Shown piece by piece: positions 54,653 to 64,000 of a stretch of DNA of 64,000 bases. The notes below the pieces were generated by a model. It saw only the letters and a list, made by a program, of their open reading frames with translations, was not told where the DNA came from and ran no database searches. The number at the start of each line of letters is the position of its first letter. Position 1 is the stretch's first letter. Both the position numbers and the translations under genes were made by a program. Source of the DNA: Octopus sinensis (lineage: Eukaryota); assembly GCF_006345805.1 (NCBI RefSeq), contig NC_043003.1:32116001-32180000 (forward strand), read 5' to 3'.

Positions 54653-54730
<78 letters not shown>

Positions 54731-55079
54731 GCGAACAGTTTGTTAAGCGGCGCCGGGTTTTACAATCCTGTAAATAATAATAATGGGACATATAAACCCT
54801 CGACTGAAAAAAAGGTTTTTCTATCCGCGTGGGACTCATCCGTACATCCCTTTGTTAATGCAACTAAGTGTGTTCAAGAGCCTGGGAATAGGGGCTGCAG
54901 CGGGTGCAACTGCACCCCTTGGAATTTTCAGGTGGTACAAGATCAAAATTTGCACCTCCTACATAAAGTGTCTAAAAAATTATCCATCCATCCATCCATC
55001 CATCCATCCAAACCCACCAACCCACCCGCCCATCCATCCATCCATCCATCCATCCATCCATCCATCCATCCATCTATCC

Positions 55080-55181
<102 letters not shown>

Positions 55182-57067
55182 TAATGGACACGCATATACC
55201 ATATGTATTATGTGTGTGTTTGTATCTAGGCAGCTAGCTATTTCTCTGTGTATTTCTGTTTCATTTTTCTATATATACGTACGTTTATATGTAACTCTGG
55301 TTTGTTTTTTATGTCTAATATAATTGTACATACACAAATAAATACAGAAATTAATTCAATGGTATCTTTTACTACTTTCACATGGTTAGCTGCATCGCAT
55401 GTCATGTATGCGTGTACTGTAAATATAATACAAACTCAATAACTTGCTTATTATAAAAATACGTCAGACGTTAGCTAATGCCGTTTGGTTAGTCGGGAAT
55501 TAAATTCAGAGACAGAGTCGAATTTTTTCACAGTGAAAAGAATACTGATATGGCGCATGTGTATGCAGCATTATTATCCTTTATTTTTAAATAAGTGTAT
55601 TTTTAAAGATTACTTGTATAACTGTCTAAGAATAAGCGTGTTTGACTACTCATACTCAACGTCGATAGTATTCGGCGAAGTTATTAGTAGGTTGGTTAAT
55701 ATCACTCATATTTGCGCTTAGTGGGTGCATCCTTGAATGTCTAGACAGACGTGTTACTTGCATACATCGTATCCGTTACAGATTACTGCTTAACAGCCGT
55801 GGCTATAGGGAGTTTACACCTGAACAGATGAAAGTATTAGTTCTCTTAATTATCGTAAAGCAACCCATCTTTTGCCGAGCTGAACTGAAGATATTTAAGC
55901 TGGAGGTCTTCTGTTCTACAAAATTCTAACTATTTCAGAAATCAATTGCCTAACATAGTTATAGTATGAGTATTATTTGGTCAGGTGGAAACGTTCCCGC
56001 ACAAGAAGCTGAAGTGCTGTAGTTTGGGCTGTCCGAAGTTGATGTTCATCAAGATTAGTGATTAAGAAAATGAGTTCTCTCCTCATCACTATAGCTATGA
56101 TTATAATTTATAAAACACTCTTGGCTAACTACATTAAGTATATTTTCATTTATTTTTACTATGTAATTTTTCCTTTACTAACGTCTCTCTTCATTTCCCC
56201 AGAGATTTAATTCTAAGCTATCACTGTATTAACATTTCATTTAGAATGATGATATCTAACAAAGCTGAAATAAATCAGGAGTTAGTACCTAAATTCCACA
56301 GTCATATTCTAACGTCTTAAAATAGAAAATTATTGTTGGTCTATTGGAGATCGATATATAAAAAAGAAGCATCGGCAGGTAACTTTTGGATTTTCTTTGA
56401 TCATAGTTCGATCTAGATTATACCGGCTTAAGATTAAACATACCAACAATACAACCGCTGACAAAAGCCATAAAGTAGAAATGCACACACACTGATCCAC
56501 AATTTCTCATATACAGTTATACCTACAAAAAAAAAAAGAATATCAATTCAAAATATAATGGTATTGCTAATCATGCATGTACATGCGCATCGTCAATATT
56601 CTTTCGGTGCAGATTTAAGTCAAACGTTTCTATAAACGAAGTTTGCTGACTATCCACACGGCAATAACGAACATTTGAATTGTGTTAATATTAAGCACAG
56701 TATTGCATTTATATTTGCATATCTTTGCATACATTCATATACAAGACATGTAATGTCACTATCTTTGCGGTAAACTGTTGTTAGATACCGATGCATTAAA
56801 ATAAAGTACATATTTATTCATGTATATATAATTATGTTAGGCATAAGGAGGGAAAAGTCGAGGTACATGTATAAAGCTTTATAAAATTGTGGAAGGGAAA
56901 ATGGAGAAAGAAACACTGAGAGATAACAAGGTATAAGTAGAGATACAGAGAAGGAATCACATGCACTCACGTCTCAGTGTGTCTGTGTCTTAGTGTGGGG
57001 CGTGATTGTATGTGTATGTTTGCATGAATCTAAATATTCATCCGTGTAGGTTCTTTTATATACATAC

Positions 57068-57470
57068 TCGTTTGCTCTTTTACTTGTTTCAGTCAGTTCA
57101 CTGTGGCCATGCTGGAGTACCGCCCTTAGTCGAGCAAATCGACCCCAGGACCTATTCTTTGTAAACCTAGTACTTATGCTATAGGTCTCTGTTTCCGAAC
57201 CGCTAAGTTACGGGGACGTAAACACACCAGCATCGGTTGTCAAGCGATGTTGGGTGGGACAAACACAGACGCACAAATATACACACACACGTACTTATAT
57301 ATAAATATATACTAGGGGCTTCTTTCAGTTTCCGTATACCAAATCCACTCACAAGGCTTTGGTCGGCCCGAGGCAATAGTAGAAGACACTTGACCAAGAT
57401 GCCACACAGTGGGACTGAATCCAGAACCATGTGGTTGGAAAGTAAGCTACTTACCACACAGCCACTCCTA
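57068..57470 (-). mobile_element. tRNA-derived SINE (family 1), near full length
   Basis: Colinear with 9625-10030. Confidence 0.87.
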
Positions 57471-58145
57471 CGCCTACGTACACATAAGCACACACTCACA
57501 CAGCCTCACGGCTGCATGACGAGAATGCATTCTGATTTAGCAAAATGCAAGCAATTCTATGAGGTGATGTATTAGACTATACTATAATTACCGGTACTTA
57601 ATATGTACTTCATTTTATCGACTTCGAAGGACAACAGGCAAAACTTGGAGTGAATTGAAACCAGAATGAAAGAGCCGCGAAAAGTACTGCGTGATGTTTT
57701 ATCCAAACTTCAAACTCATTCTACCCGCTGGCCAAGCAACGTATTGACATACACGCCTCCCTTATATATATGTATGCATATATATCTATTTCTGTGTGCG
57801 TGTGTGTAGGGGGTATGTATGTCTTTGTCTGTAGTGATTGAACTCACGTACATAGATAGTCAGACACATGTTACTCATATTTTACAAACGAGAGCAAATT
57901 GTTCCCTCTGTTGATGTTTGCCATTTCCTGCTAGATGTTTTTACTATTAAACATGTTTATAAGTTTCTAGAGAACTGTTGTTCTGTGGAGAAAGATCTGG
58001 TAACAATAGTTAGTGTGTTACCGAGGGATTTCGATGTATATAAAATGACAAGAGTCGGTAAGATTTGGAAGTCGAAGTGTGTTAGTGGATGAGGTACTTA
58101 ACCAGCCAGTTCGTCGGAACAAATGCTATTACAGCAGTGACAGCA

Positions 58146-58518
58146 GTGGAGGCGCAATGGCCCAGTGGTTAGGGCAACCGACTCGCGGTCGGAGGAGCGC
58201 GGGTTAGATTCCCAAACCGGGTGTTGTGTGTGTTTATTGAGCGAAAACACCTAAAGCTCAACGAGGCTCCGGCAGGGGTGGTGGCGACTCCTGTTGTACT
58301 CTTTCGTTCCAACTTTCTCTCACTCGTTCTTCCTGTTTCTTGTCCCCGACTTCCTACGCAACCGCTGAGCCTGGAAGCGCATTCATCCATCCATCGATGC
58401 TCTCGGTGTCGGGGCTTGAACTGCTTTCTCTTCTGCGGGTCTTACGAATAGCAAAGGACCACGTTTCGGACTTCTCCCACTGCGACGAAGACCGCTTCGC
58501 TCAACAAACAAAGAAACA
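58146..58518 (+). mobile_element. Full-length tRNA-derived SINE with family 2 head, different tail and 13-bp TSD
   Basis: TSD AGCAGTGACAGCA at 58133-58145 and 58519-58531; A and B boxes; (AAAC)-like tail. Confidence 0.88.
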
Positions 58519-59969
58519 AGCAGTGACAGCAAACAGTGAGAATAGGCAGTTCCCATGTAAGCGAGAGACTGGAGCATGCCTTGACTCCGCTCAGAGAACA
58601 GCTTATTTTCTGCTTTCCTTCCAATGGCAATAAAAGGCGTTAGCATCGCAGCGATATCTCCTAGATATTGTCACACCATATTTCCAATTATCCTGCAGTA
58701 TTCTGCTATATTGAGTTTTAGAAAGGCTGTTTAATGGTAATATGCGCTGTTCTTTTGGTTTAGATAATACTTGACGTACAACGAAGCCATTGGTGCCGTT
58801 GATTAACAACATCACTTAATAATGCAACACATTGTTTCCAATGATTTCTATAATTAAATGCTTCCATGATTCGGCATCATTATGCAGATGCACAAGCAAA
58901 AATCTCTAAAAAGTATTTGTTGTCACTTCACCAATCATTTCTAAGAGTGAAGACATTATTGCCAAGAATATCTCTCGTTTGTTTGCTTAGGACTACAATC
59001 AAGAAAGTGTTCACCCATTTTTTACGACCGTAAGATTTTATTTCATAAGTATTTGGTTTCTATTTCTAGTTGAAGAAGTGACCATGCTGAGGTCTCTACG
59101 TTGAATGTCCACCCTCAGATGACCTCATATTGTTGTCGGTGTTCAGGGTTGTGAAAGTAGTAACATCATTTATATAGCAGCAGCAGTAGTATTAAATGTA
59201 GTAACAACAGTATATTCAGCTCACAGATCATTACATTAATTTACCTATTTCATATAAACTGTACATTTTATCTGTTTTAAATCTGGTCCTTTATGAATAC
59301 ACAAGGAAGCATTTCAGTCGCTGAATTTTATATCACTTTATAGTTATTTTTCCCTCGCTACATCTTTTGTACTTTGCCGTACAAATGCTATATTTTTATA
59401 ATTCCATGGTGTAACTATGATACGAAGTTAGACAAAAGAAAACTCATTTGCCCATGTGATGTACTTCTTATCTTAAAATAGTTGATTTTACTATTTTAAA
59501 ACCCACTTATTTTTATCTATCATTCACTTAAGTCCCTAAGCAATGAAACTATTAGTATTCAAAGTTGATAATTTATAGCTTTTAAAGCTGAGAATATGTT
59601 TCACGTTAAAATAAACGACGAAATACAGGACGTATCGATAAAAATAGATCGATATTTTTATCGATGTAATTTAAAACTCTCATATGTTTTGTATCATCCA
59701 CCTATTTCCCTAAGCGGTGAAATATTTAAGATTCAAAGTCGACATTGTATAGCTTGAAGCTGAGAATGGTTCACGTTAAAATAACCGAATGAATGCAGGA
59801 CTTATTGATAAAAATTTGATTTAAAATATCGCAGTCGATAGATTAAGTATCATAGTAACCATTTAAGCATTTCTTTTTCATGTAGTACTAGCAGACCTTG
59901 AGAAATATTCTCCTGGTCCTTCTATAAAAGGACGCAACTACGAGTTAAATTGCGTAAACCTTTCTAGTA

Positions 59970-60560
59970 TAGACACAAGGCCTGAAATTTTGGGGGCGAG
60001 GGTAAGTCGATTGCATCGACCTCAGTGCATAACTGGAACTTATTTAATCGACTCCGAAAGGATGAAAGGAAAATTTGACCTGGGCGCAATTTGAACTCAG
60101 AACGTTTAGAACATTCTGTCAGGCGTCCTAACGATTCTGCTAGTTTGCCGCATGAAATTCTTTTTTACTTCAGGCACAAACCCCGAAACTTTGGGGAGGG
60201 GGCCAGTCGATTATATCGATCCCCAGGGCGCAATTGGTACTTAATTTATCGACCCCCAGAGGATGAAAGGCAAAGACGACTTCGGCGGAATTTGAACTCA
60301 GAACGCAACGGCAGACGAAATACCTATTTCTTTACTACCCACAAGGAGCTAAACACAGAGAGGACAAACAAGGACAGACAAATGGATTAAGTCGATTATA
60401 TCGACCCCAGTGCATAACTGGTACTTATTTAATCGACCCCGAAAGGATGAACAGCTAAGTCGACCTCGGCGGAATTTGAACTCAGAACGTAAAGACGGAC
60501 GAAATACCGCTAAGCATTTCGCCTGGGGCGCTAACGTTTCTGCCAGCTCGCCGCCTTAAA
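59970..60560 (-). mobile_element. Three tandem or nested copies of a third SINE family
   Basis: Repeated AAGTCGATT...TAATCGACCCCGAAAGGATGAA...GGAATTTGAACTCAGAACG; minus-strand B-box-like GAGTTCAAATTCC. Confidence 0.85.
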
Positions 60561-60624
60561 ATTGCGCAAGCATAATATGTCTATTTGATTTGTAGTGAGA
60601 ATGTCAGTATTCTTTTTTCTTTTT

Positions 60625-60965
60625 ATAGCTTCTGTCATTAGACCGCGGCCATATTGGGGCATTGTCGCGAAGGAAATCCACCCAACTATTTAATTTTAAG
60701 CCTAGCATGTATTCAATCGGTCTTTAGCTGAACTGCAAAGTCGCGTAGAGGTAAACAAAACAAAATCTCAGGTGGAGAACAAACACAAACACAAAGAGGA
60801 ATATACATAATCCTATACCACATACCAGCGCACGCGCGCACACAAACAAACAAGCAAACAAACACACGCACACACACAGAGGCAATACTAGAAGACACTG
60901 CTCCAAGATGTCACGCAGTTGGACTGATCCCACAACCATACTGTTGAGAAGCAAATTTCTTACTA
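60625..60965 (-). mobile_element. Decayed family 1 SINE
   Basis: GCGGCCATATTGG...AAGCCTAG...ATCGGTCT and AGAAGACACTG...CAAGATGTCACGCAGTTGGACTGA match the 57 kb copy. Confidence 0.65.
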
Positions 60966-61660
60966 TACTGCGTATTATCAACAAAGTAAAGCCTTAGAAT
61001 CATTAATTAAAATATGGAAAAAAAGCATTATCAGGTGATGATGAATAATCCGGCGGGTAAAGTATACACTCCACTTCCGGTAACTATTGAATGTGAAAAA
61101 TAAATGACATAGCAATAAAACATAATAAACTGTTTATTAGAGGTTCTCAACGATTTAGTTGCCTTTGCCTTGTTTTTATTGTTATTCAGCCGCACATCTC
61201 ATCTAACCAAAGAGGTTGCTAATCAAAGGTATTCCAGAAGTGTTAACGTCTACAGTCATAAGGTCGTGGGTTCGATTCCTGGACTGGTTGGTTCGTTGAG
61301 AAAGGTGCTTTATTTCCCTTTGTTGAAGTTTATGTAGCTGAAAATGAATCCTATCCGAGTCCTACTAGAACACTTTCAATTTCCAGCTCTCACATTCTCG
61401 ATATTCTTTAGGTTCATGTGTTTCTGTCCACTTGCAACTATATAGATAACTAAAACAATTAGCAAAATTATAGTACTGTCTACAAGGTCGTACAAGCTTG
61501 GCAGTGACAGCTACTTCTCAACTCTATATAACCACTGTCCCATTCCATTTACAATCGGTGGGATACCGAGGGAATTTAACTCCTAATTCTAGCAAGCCGA
61601 ACGACCACCTAGACGGTTTTGTGTCGTTTAGTCCGACTTAACAGTGACTTAGTTTTATTC

Positions 61661-61886
61661 TGTTGTGTATGGGAGTCATTTTCTCTTTGTGCCTTATAAT
61701 TTAACACACTCACCGGTAAAATTTCCACTTATTTCTTATTTTTATTTTCCTAAAGTTTTCATGAAAAGGTTGCAAGACGCAACGAAAATTTTTGGAAACT
61801 AAAAATGAGAAATAAATGAAACTTTTACCTGTGAGTTTGTTAAATTATAAGGCACAAAAAGAAAATGACTCTCCCCAGACACAACA
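61661..61886. repeat. Long near-palindromic inverted repeat (arms about 61661-61760 and 61784-61886)
   Basis: GAGTCATTTTCTCTTTGTGCCTTATAATTTAACA... is mirrored by ...TGTTAAATTATAAGGCACAAAAAGAAAATGACTC; the 23-bp spacer holds the hairpin GTTGC-AAGAC-GCAAC. Confidence 0.9.
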
Positions 61887-61955
61887 AAATATGCTTTAAT
61901 ACACAAATTCACATAAAGAATCTTGCAAACCAAATCCAAAAACGAAATCTTAGTT

Positions 61956-62057
61956 TTAGTTATCTACTTCTTGAATAAATTTATATATTTTAGTTATCTA
62001 CTTCTTGAATAAATTTATATATTTTAGTTATCTACTTCTTGAAAAAATTTATATATT
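61956..62057. repeat. 34-bp tandem repeat, three copies
   Basis: TTAGTTATCTACTTCTTGAATAAATTTATATATT x3, with one substitution in the third copy. Confidence 0.95.
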
Positions 62058-64000
62058 CATCTATCTGCATATTCATTAGTTGATTATACTGTTTGTTCAA
62101 AACACATGACGTTATTTTGCTTATATAGGTTACAAGTTCACGCGTACACGTACACACTATAAACATATGTACACACTAATATATGAAAATATATGTTTAT
62201 GTTTAAAGATTTTAGTGTGCACAGAAATAAAAGAGTATTGTCAGAACTGAAAGTAGAGATATATATTATATCTTAAGAAATCCTTATTTCGTGTGCCTCG
62301 AAATAGAAAGTTGGTGTTTCAAATATATTCAGTCGAGATACTTGGATATCTGTACTGGATCTTATTGCATATGACTAAAAGAAGAAAAAAAAACTTATTC
62401 AGTGACTTAACTGTTGACAAAAAGATAAATGAACAGATAAGAACAGAAGAGTAAAGGAAAAACGAAAAGGAAGTAAGGAAAGATGTAGAAGAAGAGATCC
62501 AGCGTATATTCAAAATAATAAGATATATAATGAATATAGCAGGTATATAAGAAAAAGACAGAATGTGAGAAAGATAATTAGGAATACATGAATGAAAAAG
62601 GAAAAGAAAATTTAGCGAAATGACGTAGAAAAATGAAATTAAAGGAAATATAGGAAGTGTAAATGGAACGAAGTGGAATTTTCGAAACCTGAAACCAAAT
62701 ATGGATGGGCTACATGTCCACGTGGGTAAATGAAATGATATGGAAATATATATTTCAAATAGGTAATTTTTTCATTGTTTGGAAGCGATGATGCGAGTTA
62801 CAAGGTGACTACAAAAACTATAATTACTCAAAGAGAAACGAAAGTGGTCATTGTTTCTCCCTATATGGATTATACACACGTGGTCACGTGCATACACACT
62901 CAGCTACACATCCACATGCACACACACAAACATATAAAATATGTAAATTATAATTTATATGTCCCAGTTATTGTAATTCAGTTAGTCCAGATAATATTGC
63001 ATCACTTGATATACTTCTAACCTCTCGTCCGGAAAAATATAGTTATGTGTTTTATGTGAGTATGATTAAAAATATATCTGTATTTGTGTATGACACTGTT
63101 TGATCTGAATCTAAAAATTATCTCTATTACTTGTATTGGAGTAGCATAGATACGGTTTAAATTTGTAGCGAAGTAAATGTTAGATAATGTTAATATTTCG
63201 ATTATTTCAATAACCTTCCGAAGATATGTTTAGCTCTTCATGTTTGAAACACATAAAATAAGCACACAGTTGAAATAGATGACACTTAGGAGCAAAACTC
63301 TCGTTGGGGAAGTTTAATAAAGTCCTATAGCACTACATAACGGGGGATACTTACCAGAGATATGCTGAGTATATTGCTAGCTCTTCACTACCACTCTTCT
63401 ACGTTTTGATGGGAAATTTTAAAATTCATTTTACATTTCTCCATACAACCGTAAGCGCAAATTGAGAGTGATATTTTAGAGCTGCAATACACTTAATCCT
63501 ATTTTGGTTCTTTCGAAAATAAATAGTAACAAAATAGTGTTACTAAAAATATAACAGATTAAACATAGCATATAATATCTTACTTCACCATTTGTGAATT
63601 TCCGATTAGAAGTTAGCAGAAAATCGTTTGCATTAACAAAACGTGTCCTATTTAGATACACTGTATCATTACGCTCAGTTACTCTATCATTGGTTTGTTA
63701 TGAAGATATTTCCTTATTGTGTAAAAACTAACAATCATATCTTCAAATTATTATATAAGTGCCTACAGCTCAGATGACACTAGAAATGCCGAATAATAGA
63801 TATAAAGAAACAGCAAAACCAGACCACTGTGAAGAAATGTCATGTACATTGAACCGTCTGATAATTGAAGAAATTTGAAAGCCATCTTGATAATTGAAGC
63901 ATTTCTATGAATCGTGATATTACAAATCCTTCGTCACTGTCAACCGCAGGCAAAATCTACGTTGCTGGAATTCTGAATGATTAATAATAAAATGCATTCA

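Noticed and set aside
58400-58510. HDV-like or hammerhead ribozyme in the SINE tail
   Set aside because: One good stem, but I could not place the P1.1/P3/J4-2 elements or a valid hammerhead core.

Overview
AT-rich, microsatellite-saturated eukaryotic genomic DNA. The repeat content suggests a cephalopod, probably Octopus (inference). One clear host gene is present: an intronless KCTD12/16-type BTB protein (17840-18598, minus strand). The rest is transposon-derived: Penelope-like (GIY-YIG) fragments, a 5'-truncated Tx1/L1 LINE plus a solo 3' end, both in (TATC)n, and a CR1 LINE inserted with a 5-bp TSD into a decayed Chapaev-type transposase. There is also an RT-deleted Gypsy LTR element with TSD, PBS and PPT, a non-autonomous Helitron nested in a mariner-type MITE, and many tRNA-derived SINEs. 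The ORF track does not show the most striking layer: about ten hammerhead-ribozyme-like folds from at least five sequence families. One has a fully canonical core with a GUC site (28252-28330). Several carry a recurrent CCGANGA core or a 3-nt core insertion, and several lie as divergent inverted pairs in microsatellites. Most listed ORFs are microsatellite artefacts. All alignments and folds were done by eye.
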